From Macrostomum lignano (taxonomy: Eukaryota), in contig NIVC01002930.1 of NCBI GenBank assembly GCA_002269645.1, positions 62,001-126,000 of the forward strand: a stretch of DNA of 64,000 nt. The letters run 5' to 3'. The position numbers were made by a program, and so were the translations under genes. This document shows, one piece after another, positions 21,339 to 32,107 of the stretch. Within the stretch, counting starts at the first letter, position 1. Every line of letters starts with the position of its first letter. The notes under the pieces were generated by a model. It ran no database searches, was not told the origin of the DNA, and saw only the letters and a program-made list of their open reading frames with translations.

Positions 21339-23641
21339 TTAGCTCTTGGACAAGTTTGACTGAAGCACCGTACGATCGATGAAATGATGAAGATTGCCGT
21401 GACAATCCACACAATGCAAGCACCGTAGAAGATGAATCCTTGATAGAGACTGCCTCTTCCATTGAGCAGCTCCCAGAAGCTATTTGTCCAAAATGATTTG
21501 ATGGCGCTGTCCATTGAAACAAGGACGGGAAATCTTCCTGTCCCGGTTCCTTTGTCCTTTCTTGTGAACAGCTGGTGAATCATCTTGCGTTGGGTGATGA
21601 ACGCTTGCAAGAAGTCGTTGATCGTCCATCCTGGTGTTATCTCGTCAAGTTGGATATCGGCGAATGGCGTATACTTCGTTCTGTTGAATCGGATTTTCAA
21701 ATCCTCCATGTCGTAGTTTTCGTCGACGATTACTTCCGGTTCTGTGACGTTTGCTGTCGTTCCAGTTGTTTTGATGACGTGTAGTGCATTGTCCAGTTGA
21801 TAGTAGTTTGCTGCCGTGGTGCAAGGTCTCGGTATTGCGGTGCCAACGATGATGTTGTGTACCGTGTCCAAGAATCCCTGAATTCGTTTTCCTTCGTAGA
21901 ACGCTTCAATCCTTGGCTTGTCGTAGCAGGTTGTTGACGTGTTCGACGGCAAGATGTTAAAGTGCTGTATCGGCGTGCACTTGTATATTAACAGATGCTC
22001 GTATATTGGAACTGCCAAAACGTTCGTCATTCCGGTGATTTTACGAAAAGTCATCGTAGGGTTGACATAGTAGTTTTGTCTGGCATAATTTAAGTTGATT
22101 GCGTGCATTTTGCAAGTTAGCTGGACCAGTGTTCGATGCAAGTGGTTTAACTGGTTGTGTAGATTGTGATCCAAAGCCGTTATCTTTGCTGACAGTAGTC
22201 GGTTTGACACCAGTTTGGGACGTTCGATGTCACGTCGTCGTCTGTTCTGTTGTTCCTGCTGTTGATACGTTCCGTTGATGATCGCCAGAAAGGTTTGTTT
22301 GTCGTCATCTTTTACGTAGACTGGTATCTCTTGTTCCGAGATGAATAGTGTCTTGTCTGTATCCTTGCATTTCAGTTTTTGCTCGACTGGTTTCTTTTGA
22401 AACGTCAGTGCCAAGTCTCCTGACTTTGCCAAAAACGTATTTGACAGTAGTCCTCCTTCAACTGTGTGATACTTTTGAAGCTTGCAGTCAATTTCCGGCT
22501 CAACTTCCCACGCGAAGAAGTATTGTCGTGACTTAGATGGTTCTTCATATCGTGAGTCGCCTCTGCGTATAATTTGCCATCGATAGTCTTGATGATATGT
22601 TGGACTCAACGGTAAGCTGTATAGTTCCTCATTCCGCAGTATCGGCGTTGGACACCATCCTTTGCTGTATCGGCAGTCGCTTAATTGCAGTTGTAGCGAC
22701 TCCATTTTTTCAAAAGGATTGTGATAGAATGGAATATTCCTGATTAGGTAACTGTTTCGTGTCATGTAGTTAGTCCATGCTTCCGAAAAGTGTACATATC
22801 GTCCGTTTGCTGAGTTCTTCGTTCGGTAAAGTTGTGCCTCCCCCACTTTCTCATCCGGTTCTAGCTGACCATCCTTTGAGAACAGTGTTTGGTTCCATTG
22901 TAGACATTCAGCGTGCGACACATGTAGTTCGTGTTGCCAAAATCGAATTCTGTTCCACTGTCCTCGCCAAACTTTTTCCACTAGGTGCTTGTCTCTAAAG
23001 CACACTATTCCGAGTTGTCGATGCTTCTTGATGTTAGCTTTGTAGAGATCAATTGTGATCTTCTTTGGCTTCGTCTGGTTTGTCTTGAAGTAGCTGCATT
23101 TGATGTCGGTTGGTATCTTGTAGATCATTGGTTGGATATGCGCATCCGTTGGACATATCATTGGTTTCTCCATTGCCGTTGCTTTGGCGACTACTGCTAT
23201 CAGTAGTATCACGATGATCCAGAGCAGCCAGTTTTTCCACTTCTTGGACCTTGCCGTTGTCTTTGCTGGCATTGGCTGCGATTGCCATTCGTTATCCTCC
23301 ATGTCCGCATCGTATTCTTTCGGTTGTTCCATTGGCTGATTCAGGCGGAAGGCTTCTGATTTGCTTTGCTCTTTGGTTATTTCAGTATCTTCGTCTGTAG
23401 CTTCTTCCGATGTTTCCGTTGTTTCACTCCATTGCGTTTGGTATCTTTTCTCTGCCTTGTAGTCGACCGTTTGAATATAGGCTTCACCATTTCGTTTGTA
23501 TCGGATCTCGTAGCATTCGTCGCTGTCGGAACTCGGCTTTTCTTTCATTTGTTCTTTTTCCATTTCTTCATCTTTCCATTGTATTTCGTAGCCTTGATCG
23601 CTGTCGGAACTTAGATTTTCCGCTCTCAGTTCTTCCTGCAT
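21284..23641 (-). CDS. env: Env-like membrane glycoprotein, probably class III (herpes gB / chuvirus-like) fusogen
   Basis: 785-aa ORF: acidic leader, internal signal/TM (WLLWIIVILLIAVVAKATA, ~23174-23230), Cys-rich ectodomain with N-glycosylation sequons, furin site RRRR (22232-22243), NPT...R motif, C-terminal TM (FIFYGACIVWIVTAIFII, ~21378-21441). Confidence 0.85.
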   Translation of the reverse strand: MQEELRAENLSSDSDQGYEIQWKDEEMEKEQMKEKPSSDSDECYEIRYKRNGEAYIQTVDYKAEKRYQTQWSETTETSEEATDEDTEITKEQSKSEAFRLNQPMEQPKEYDADMEDNEWQSQPMPAKTTARSKKWKNWLLWIIVILLIAVVAKATAMEKPMICPTDAHIQPMIYKIPTDIKCSYFKTNQTKPKKITIDLYKANIKKHRQLGIVCFRDKHLVEKVWRGQWNRIRFWQHELHVSHAECLQWNQTLFSKDGQLEPDEKVGEAQLYRTKNSANGRYVHFSEAWTNYMTRNSYLIRNIPFYHNPFEKMESLQLQLSDCRYSKGWCPTPILRNEELYSLPLSPTYHQDYRWQIIRRGDSRYEEPSKSRQYFFAWEVEPEIDCKLQKYHTVEGGLLSNTFLAKSGDLALTFQKKPVEQKLKCKDTDKTLFISEQEIPVYVKDDDKQTFLAIINGTYQQQEQQNRRRRDIERPKLVSNRLLSAKITALDHNLHNQLNHLHRTLVQLTCKMHAINLNYARQNYYVNPTMTFRKITGMTNVLAVPIYEHLLIYKCTPIQHFNILPSNTSTTCYDKPRIEAFYEGKRIQGFLDTVHNIIVGTAIPRPCTTAANYYQLDNALHVIKTTGTTANVTEPEVIVDENYDMEDLKIRFNRTKYTPFADIQLDEITPGWTINDFLQAFITQRKMIHQLFTRKDKGTGTGRFPVLVSMDSAIKSFWTNSFWELLNGRGSLYQGFIFYGACIVWIVTAIFIISSIVRCFSQTCPRAKKTVNAIMQRTTTEATTV

Positions 23642-25057
23642 TCCTTCTTCGGCTCGGTATCCGTTCGTGCATCATGCACCTCGCAGTCGTGATCGTTGCC
23701 GTAACTTATACATTCTTCTTCTTCCTTCATTTCTTTGTCTTTCGTGCTTGTTTTGTTGTCATCCACTGTTGTCGATTCATAGTTGTTTTGTCTGCCAGTC
23801 TTCATCTTTTCTTCGTTGCCGGTGTCGCTCTCCGCCTCCTCCCTTTTTTGTGATTTACTTTCTTCCTGTTTTCTCTGCTGTCTCCGGTGGTCTCTTTTAA
23901 TTCGATCATTTCGGTTTCATTCGCCTCTTCTGTGTTGTCAGTGTTGTCCTCGTGCGTCGTCTTCTTTTCGATCAAGCTGATGTCAAGTTCCGGGACTGTG
24001 AAGTCCATTTCCAAGTCGTCAATTGTGAACACTTGCTGTTCCTGCTGCTCATTTTCCGGTGTGTACGTGATGGCATTCGCGTATCGTGGCATTGCTTGCG
24101 TTGGCTGTCTTTGTGCGTACCTGGCATTGCGTGGCCTGTAGCCATTATTTCTGAAGCGGCCGTCATTTCCGAGCGGCCATCATTTCCGAAGCGGCCATCC
24201 TTTCCGAAGCGTCTCATGTCTTGTTGGCGATTTTGATATTGCTGCCATGGTTTCTGCGGCTTTGATTGTTGAATATCTGTCGCGGCTTGTCGTATCTTGT
24301 TGACCAATGGGACAATTAATCTGATAATGTCCTTCTTGTCCGCAGTAGTAACATCTGGCTGAGGCTTGTTCATTTCGTCTTTTTTGTTCGGCGATAGCAG
24401 CTGTCTGGTGCTGCATTAATTGTTTAATTGCTGCGTCAGTTTCTGCACTTCATTGTTGCCTGTCGTCATTAATGGGGCACTGGCTTCCCATTGCATTCCG
24501 CACCGCAAAAGGTCTTCTTCGGTTTCGATATTTTCACGCAAAAGTCTATCCCGAAGTGACGGCTGTGCGTTGTTTATTACGTGCAGGATGAGGTTTTGTT
24601 CGCGATCCATCAATCGTTGTCTTTCTCTGGCGGCCAATTCTGCCGCTCCCAGTGGCGGTTGGTCCGCAGCTTGCAGCGGTGGCTGATGCAGTGCCTTAAT
24701 TATCTGGCGGATATCGTCCACAAAGGCGAGGAAGGATTCTGTTGCTTGCATCCTTCTGTTATGTAACTTGTGCAGCAGCACTGATCTGTTTGTGCCGCAA
24801 CGGTTGAAATGCGCGCGCAGTTGAATGATTAGTGCTGGATAATTTTGCTGTGTTGCCGCATCCAGCTTGCCGTAAATTTCTCGCGCAGTACCTTGGAGAA
24901 GAGGTGGCAGCAGCTGTGCTTTCTCTGGATTTTGTAGGTTGTATTCCCTACATACCAGGTCAAAGTGGTCGACAAATGTGTTAAAATCTTTCTCCATCGA
25001 GAAGGTACCGACCGTTTCTTTGATGTCTCTGTGTACCGTTGGATTGCGCCGCGCCAT
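23633..25057 (-). CDS. gag: Gag (capsid, CCHC nucleocapsid, Gly/Arg-rich and acidic linker), broken by 1-nt frameshifts
   Basis: Capsid-like segment 25057-24416 (F..FVDHFDLVC..Y......KAQLLP.LLQGTAREIY); zinc knuckle CYYCGQEGHYQINC at ~24310-24355; FG(K/N)DGR repeats; continues through shifted frames into the env leader. Confidence 0.85.
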
Positions 25058-25743
25058 GTTGTTGATAGGATAGAACGGTAGTTCAAGATCTGGATCGATT
25101 TGTAACGGATCGTCCAGTGTGGTGTTTGCCTCGGAATAAACCTCGACTGTAACGAATTGTCTTGTGGTGTCGATTTGTTATTCGCTGGCCTCGGATGCGG
25201 TGTGGCTTGCTGCCACTGGTTGTCCTCAAATGAACTTGTTCTGTTCGCTTGCTGATTTCGCACTTATGCGGCGTCCCGCAAAGTGTATCTTCAAGTTGAA
25301 GTGGGCTTTGTCTTCTTGTTTTGCAAAGTCTTTTTCTCTTCTTTGACTCTCTCTTTTGTCAATTAACTCCGCTCTCCACGAAGTTTCAATTAATTTCGGT
25401 TTTGTTTTTGTGCCGGCAAAATGTTTCAGTTATTTTTTGTTTGTTTTGCGTCGACGATTCTTTTATTTTCGGTTTGTTTTCAGTGTACCGATGAATTTAA
25501 TTTCGGTTTTATTTTAACTCACACTTGCTCGAGCTCGTTAAAACAAAATTTAACACGCGTGCTCAAACTGTACTCAAATTTGACAGGTGCTCAAACCTGT
25601 ACACCAAAATTTACTCGAGTTTCAAAACGTAACGGACTTAAAAAGTGTTAACTCTAACACGTGCGCGCAAAATTAATGAAGTCGCTCTGTCGTCACTTTA
25701 CAATAGCTTGATCAGGGCTATTGCTCAAAGTTTGAGTAGTGCC

Positions 25744-25761
25744 GAGAGGGCGAGATCACCA
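25744..25761 (-). promoter_or_regulatory. Primer-binding site
   Basis: Minus strand: LTR end ...CATCA, 2-nt spacer, then TGGTGATCTCGCCC. TGG pairs with tRNA CCA; closest to the tRNA-Trp-type PBS TGGTGACC, but the tRNA identity is uncertain. Confidence 0.7.
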
Positions 25762-25763
25762 AT

Positions 25764-26618
25764 TGATGTGTTCCTTATTACCCGACTTTCGATAATCAAG
25801 GAACAATCACTTCTAGCTCAGCAGCTAGGCAACCCAGTAAGTCAACAGAAGGTATTCAATTACCTTGAGTCCTTTGGAGATCTCTCGGAGTAGTTCTCGA
25901 TTGTCTTCAGTTGCTCTCGTATAGTCACTTCTGACTTTCGTTTGTAGAGCGGGTCCGATTCTTCTTTCTTCTTCAAATAGTTCCGGCCGGATTCTGTCGC
26001 TCGGACCAATGGGAAGCTTCCGAATTAACAGTGGGATCCCTGCGCCAAACTGCGGTCTAAATTAAGCCTCCTTCTTCGAGCAGTGCCTCTATGCACTCTA
26101 GGTATAGCTCCGGAAACCACTGATAGTCCTCTAAGATCTATCAGGGGCAGTCCTTCTGGAGACTGCAACCAATGGAGTCTAAACAGACTCAAGAGTCTCA
26201 ACAGACTCAAATAGACTCAAGTCTCAATAGACTTGAGCGAGACGTCTCTAACACAACGGCGCAAATAAGGAAGGCTTACCGCAACAACTCGACCGAGTCT
26301 CGATGACTTGGTATATCAGGAAGTCCTCCTAAGGCTTCCTCTTCGGAGCGCTCCTCTTCCGTGGGGAGAATGGCTCCGGTACCGCTTCAGATCGCTTGTA
26401 TTTATAGACAAGTTTTTGATCCAAAATAGTATCATGACAATTCACGTGTTGCGCTAAAAGGGGAAAATGGCTCATGGCGTATTATTCTGGTAACATCTTT
26501 TTCTGGTAGCGTGATTCATTCAAAGCTTAGGCGCACATGCGTGTACTTACTTACTTATAGTAGTATTATACGATTATCTTCTTTTTTCCTTTTTTAACGG
26601 GAGGTAGAACACTCTACA
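25764..26618 (-). repeat. 5' LTR (855 bp)
   Basis: Copy of 16058-16913; followed by the ATTG TSD at 26619-26622. Confidence 0.97.
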
Positions 26619-28214
26619 ATTGACCTATTGTTCAATAATAGTGTCTCATATATTATATTTTATAAGAATGACTAGGGCTATATTCATATCAACTTTAGCC
26701 TACTAATCCTAACCATTAGATGCACATGGAATTGAAAATCTCTTGCTTGAAACATTGACTCTAGTGGACTCTAGGTTCCCTTTACAAAAGCTTTAAAACT
26801 GGAAATATTCATTCATTTCTCTTCTGCTCTACTCCCTATTTATGAAATCCAAGGCTGTATTGGTCTAGAGTGGCCAATGTTATTAGATATTGGAGCTAGT
26901 TAGCTTGTATTAGAAATATGCTCTTAATTTCATATTTATGATATAAACCCTTATTAAAATATTAGAAGCTAACTATAAGATTATATATTTGAACCTCAAT
27001 TCAAAAGCATACCAAAGTAAAGAAAGGTGTTAATGAATAAGAAAAGTTAAAATTATGAAATTTTCTGTAGCACTTCTGAGCTGGTTATCATAGAAATTGT
27101 GTTAATGATACAATAATATTTTTGCATCTTAAATTTTATTCATATTTCATTTGGAGCATCAGTGCTTTTACAATTATTTAGGATTTCAGTGATTTCTAGG
27201 CTTCTAGTAGCTGTCAAAGTTAAGTAATCTGTAAACCTTGAGTCTGCAGACTTCTGCAACATCTTTGGGTCAGAAAAAAAGTGCGCAAAATCACCTAAAA
27301 GATGCCTTGGGTTCAGGAAACACTGCCTCTCTGTCTGACAAATAATGGCTTTAATAGCTTCTTAAAAGGTATTTCCAGTTGCACATCTGGGACACTGATT
27401 GCTGGTCCCCTGGCCTCCAGATGTCAGGTGTGCAGCGCCACTTCTACTGGAGTATCAAACACCAAATAACCCTTTTCAAACTAAGTGGAGAGTGTAAAGT
27501 CCCAGGATCAAGCCCTAGGGCATTGACGGCTTCATCTCCATGCCAGAAGATGGAGAGCATATTTTCGCTAATTGTTGGTAACGCTAGCCCAAACCCGCCA
27601 GGCGTTAAAGTTTAAATGGCGATCGTAAAAAGCAAATGGGCGGGAGGCTGTCGAGGAAGAGGGTAGCAGAGGGGGGGGGGACAAAATTGAAGGGAAAATT
27701 TTGTATTTCGGCGTTTTACTGCTTCGCTAGGAGGGAGGGGGGTGGTGTCTCTATCCCATCCGGCTTCGGCGCGATGAAAGCTTTCCACACTTCCCCAGCT
27801 GCCTTATATATCTGTGTATTTCGCTTTGCGCCGCCTCTGAACTGATAGATGGCCAGCCGGGCTTGACTGAAAAAGGCCAGTGGTTGGCGGTGGCTTTAGC
27901 GCTACCATCTGCGCATTTTAGTAAAAAACACCAGGCTGCATCGGAGAGCAGGCGGTGGGGGGCTTTTTCGTCATCAAATGGGCCCAGCTGCACGTCCTGG
28001 CTGACTGGTATGGGAGGCTTCGGTAGCAGTTTTAACGCCTTCTGTGACCGCTTACTTTTAAAACGTTGCACCATCCTACTGCAGCCTCAAGGCGTAAGCT
28101 AGGCGCAGTGTTAAGGAATCGGATCGACCATACTCCTACTCTAAAATTTGACTTCGCACCAAAAATTTTGGCTTGGCCTCATTTAACCCCGTTTTATTTT
28201 CTTCTGACTGCATT

Positions 28215-29815
28215 GCCAGGCAGCAGCTTGGCCCTGAAGTGTGTCTGAGAGTAGGTTGCAGCAGCTTGGCCCTGAAGTGTGTCTGAGAGTAGGTTGCAGC
28301 AGCTTGGCCCTGAAGTGTGTCTGAGAGTAGGTTGCAGCAGCTTGGCCCTGAAGTATCTGAGGGTAGGTTGCAGCTTGACCCTGAAGTATCTGAGAGTAGG
28401 TTGCAGCTTGACCCTGAAGTATCTGAGAGTAGGTTGCAGCTTGACCCTGAAGTATCTGAGAGTAGGTTGCAGCTTGACCCTGAAGTATCAGAGAGAGGTA
28501 TAGGCTTCGCCCTGAAGTATCTGAGAGTAGGTAGGAGCAGCTTAGCCCTGAAGTATCCGAGAGTAGGTAGCAGTAGCTTGGCCCTGAAGTATCTGAGGGT
28601 AAGTATAGACTTGGCCCTGAAGTATCATCTGAGGGTAGGTATAGACTTGGCCCTGAAGTATCTGAGGGTAGGTATAGACTTGGCCCTGAAGTATCATCTG
28701 AGGGCAGGTATAGACTTGGCCCTGAAGTATCATCTGAGGGTAGGTATAGACTTGGCCCTGAAGTATCTGAGGGTAGGTATAGACTTGGCCCTGAAGTATC
28801 ATCTGAGGGTAGGTATAGACTTGGCCCTGAAGTATCTGAGGGTAGGTATAGACTTGGCCCTGAAGTATCATCTGAGGTTAAGTATGGACTTGGCCCTGAA
28901 GTATCTGAGGGCAGGTATAGACTTGGCCCTGAAGTATCATCTGAGGGCAGGTATAGACTTGGCCCTGAAGTATCATCTGAGGGTAGGTATAGACTTGGCC
29001 CTGAAGTATCTGAGGGTAGGTATAGACTTGGCCCTGAAGTATCATCTGAGGTTAAGTATGGACTTGGCCCTGAAGTATCTGAGGGCAGGTATAGACTTGG
29101 CCCTGAAGTATCATCTGAGGGCAGGTATAGACTTGGCCCTGAAGTATCTGAGGGTAGGTAGCAGCAGCTTGGCCCTGAAGTATTTGAGGGTAGGTAGCAG
29201 CAGCTTGGCCCTGAAGGATCTGAGGGTAGGTATAGACTTGGCCCTGAAGTATCATCTGAGGGTAGGTATAGACTTGGCCCTGAAGTATCTGAGGGTAGGT
29301 ATAGACTTGGCCCTGAAGTATCATCTGAGGTTAAGTATGGACTTGGCCCTGAAGTATCTGAGGGCAGGTATAGACTTGGCCCTGAAGTATCATCTGAGGG
29401 CAGGTATAGACTTGGCCCTGAAGTATCATCTGAGGGTAGGTATAGACTTGGCCCTGAAGTATTTGAGGGTAGGTAGCAGCAGCTTGGCCCTGAAGGATCT
29501 GAGGGTAGTATTAGCTTGTCCCTGAAGGATCTGAGGGTAGTATTAGCTTGTCCCTGAAGGATCTGAGGGTAGTATTAGCTTGTCCCTGAAGGATCTGAGG
29601 GTAGTATTAGCTTGTCCCTGAAGGATCTGAGGGTAGTATTAGCTTGTCCCTGAAGGATCTGAGGGTAGTATTAGCTTGTCCCTAAAGAATCTGAGAGTAG
29701 TATTAGCTTGTCCCTAAAGAATCTGAGGGTAGTATTAGCTTGTCCCTAAAGAATCTGAGGGTAGTACTTATTAGCTTGTCCCTTAAGGATCTGAGGTTAG
29801 ATATTAGCTTGGCCC
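28215..29815. repeat. 1.6-kb minisatellite of ~30-33-bp units in three variant blocks
   Basis: Core cttggccctgaagtatctgagggtagg. Left block has gttgcagc, middle block gtataga with or without a CAT insertion, right block ttagcttgtccctgaaggatctgagggtagta. Confidence 0.95.
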
Positions 29816-30221
29816 TGAAATATCTGAAGGTAAACAGCCTAAAACAAGCAAACAGACAGTACTGCAATGCTTGCGAGTGTATAAAAAGCAGTAAAGCTTG
29901 TTTTATGATGACGAGTAAACACTCAAGAAATAGTGTGAGGCTATAAATGACGGAAGAAACTTATAAGCAATAACTTATAATTGCTCCACACTCTGTTTTT
30001 GTGGTCTGTAAAACTGTTGAATCGTAGCTCTTGATACAGTCGTTTAAGTGCTAAAATTTTGCTAGCTGTGGTGTAAGACTGGCTATAAAATTTCACTCAT
30101 ACTCTGGTCGGGGCGCCTCGCTGTCTATCGTCTCACTTTATAATTTTGATGTTTTTGAGTGTGCCTTGTAAAATATTTCAGAGCCCAAAGCTGTGTCCAG
30201 TTGTGTTTAGATCTTTGTTTA

Positions 30222-30560
30222 GGAGAGTTGGCGCTAGAAGGGGAGTTGCTTCGCTAGAAGGGGTACTGGGGGCGCTAGAAGGGGTGCTGGCTGCGCTAGG
30301 AGGGCTGCTGGCTGCTCTAGAAGAGGCGCCGGGGCGCTAGAAGGAGTGCTCGGGCGCTAGGAAGGGTGCTTGGGGCGCTAGAAGGGGTGCTGAGGTGCTT
30401 GAAGGGATGCCTGGCTGCGCTAGAAAGGGTGCTGGGGCGCTAGGAGGGGTGCTGGCTGCTCTAGAAGGGGTGCTGGGGGCGCTAGAAGGAGAGTTGCTGC
30501 GCTAGAAGGGGTGCTGGGGCGCTAGAAGGAGAATTGCTGCGCTAGAAGGGGTGCTGCGCT
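30222..30560. repeat. Degenerate ~20-bp tandem repeat
   Basis: Reiterated gcgctagaaggggtgctg(g). Confidence 0.85.
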
Positions 30561-32050
30561 GGGGAAGCGGCGTTCTGTCAACAGAGAAGTGCTGGGCGTG
30601 CTGAGAAGCCGCAGTCTCATTATCTCTAGTCTGCCTTCCAGTCGTGACGGAACGCGGTTAATGCGGCAATACGTGCTCTGAAAGGGTTGGGTCATAGTTA
30701 ATCAATTTGATTAGTTTTTTATTTTTTTTACTCTAGGTAAGCTGCTTTTCTTTCTCAAACAGAGAGAGAGATAGCGGCGAAAGAATTGAAGGGCTCATGG
30801 CTCAGCTAAAGTAATTGGCGCAAAAAAATTGAAAAAAGAAACCGGAACAGTCTACACAAAGTCTGCACAGTGGTTTGAGAACGGCATTGCATTGCATTAG
30901 GTTCGCGCTCTTTTTTCACGGCACTCCAGCTGGCTTCAATTCAACTCACTGCATGGCTATTGTTTCCCCAGCTCTCTCGCGCCTCTTTGTCCACTGCGCT
31001 GGGTATTGGTGAGGTGAGGCAGGCAAAGCAGTGCTTGGGGAAGGGAGGGGGGCTATTTATTCACGCTGTTCTCAATTTCGCATGCAGGCTTCACTGTACC
31101 ACTTGGACTCTCTTCAAACTCTCTAACTGTCTGCGCGTCACACCTCTCCTTCTCACCCTAACTCATTTTCCTAAGCTGGGCTGCTTTTCTATACTGTGTT
31201 TACTCAATATTGGGCAATTGAGAAGGGAGGGTATATAGAAAGGTTTTTTTTAGTTGAGAAGAGAAGAGGTCTACCTTCTGCTGCTGCTGCTGGCCGCTCC
31301 CCTCCCTAGTTCACACTCACACCAAACTATAATTCATGTGCACTCGCTCACTCACTGGCGCGGCTCTATTATTCTGCATGCATATAAATTATAAAGCTAA
31401 AGTTTAGCTAGCTGCATTAACAGAAAAGAGGTGAGGAATTGAGTAATGGGATTACCCAGATATTAATATATATATATATATAGAGAGAGGCCTTGCCTGA
31501 CTTTGGTGGCCTTCTTTTTCTTTTTTCTTTCTCTCTTCTCTGGGCTGTGACTGTCAGTTCCCCAACCCCCACCTCCACCCTGACTGGCTAGCGGCCCCAC
31601 ATTGCGACACACAGTCAGCTTATGGTTGCGAAGGTGAGAGCGCTCTTTTAGAAGGTATTGGCGGCTTATTCTGTCTCTCCCACCCACCCTCTCTCTTTTT
31701 CTCCGGTCTGTCGTCATTTTCTTTGAAAGGCAAGTCCCCGAAACCCTCCCCAGCGACACCCCTTCTGACACCTAACCCCCCCGGGTGCCTGGCAGAATCA
31801 AGAATTCCTTTCTCTATTCTATCTAGAAGCAGAAAATAAATTGTGTGAAGCCAGAATCTGAAGGACGCTTGCAGAAGACGGGTAAAGGCGGCAGCGTTCA
31901 GGCAACACCCCGTCTTCTCATTTTTTTGCGTCGCGCGCGCAAGTGTGGCTGTTCACACCTTTCCTTCTTCTCTTCAGAGCCAAGCCACCGTGTGACTGCC
32001 AGGGCTTTGACGTCCAACCCCTGGCCTTGGCCCGTTCCTGCAAACCCAAC

Positions 32051-32053
<3 letters not shown>

Positions 32054-32105
<52 letters not shown>
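32054..32105. repeat. (CT)n microsatellite
   Basis: Uninterrupted ctctct run. Confidence 0.95.

Positions 32106-32107
<2 letters not shown>

Larger units (their letters stand above)
16058..26618 (-). mobile_element. Full-length young Ty3/Gypsy LTR retroelement with env (gag-env-pol-RING), 10,561 bp
   Basis: Direct LTRs 16058-16913 and 25764-26618 (TG...CA), 4-bp TSD ATTG on both sides, PBS and PPT adjacent to the LTRs, and Gypsy pol domain order PR-RT-RH-IN. Confidence 0.97.

Noticed and set aside
17801-21382. Multiple short plus-strand ORFs overlapping pol
   Set aside because: Antisense shadows of a long coding region; no motifs.
25058-25430. N-terminal extension of gag upstream of ATG 25057
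   Set aside because: The same frame has stops near 25180 and 25228 and no ATG; treated as 5' UTR.
27751-28074. 107-aa minus-strand ORF (MVQRFKSKR...)
   Set aside because: No recognisable domain or supporting exon structure.
28317-29525. 402-aa ORF of LALKYLRVGID repeats
   Set aside because: Translation of a minisatellite with units near a multiple of three; no splice context or domain.
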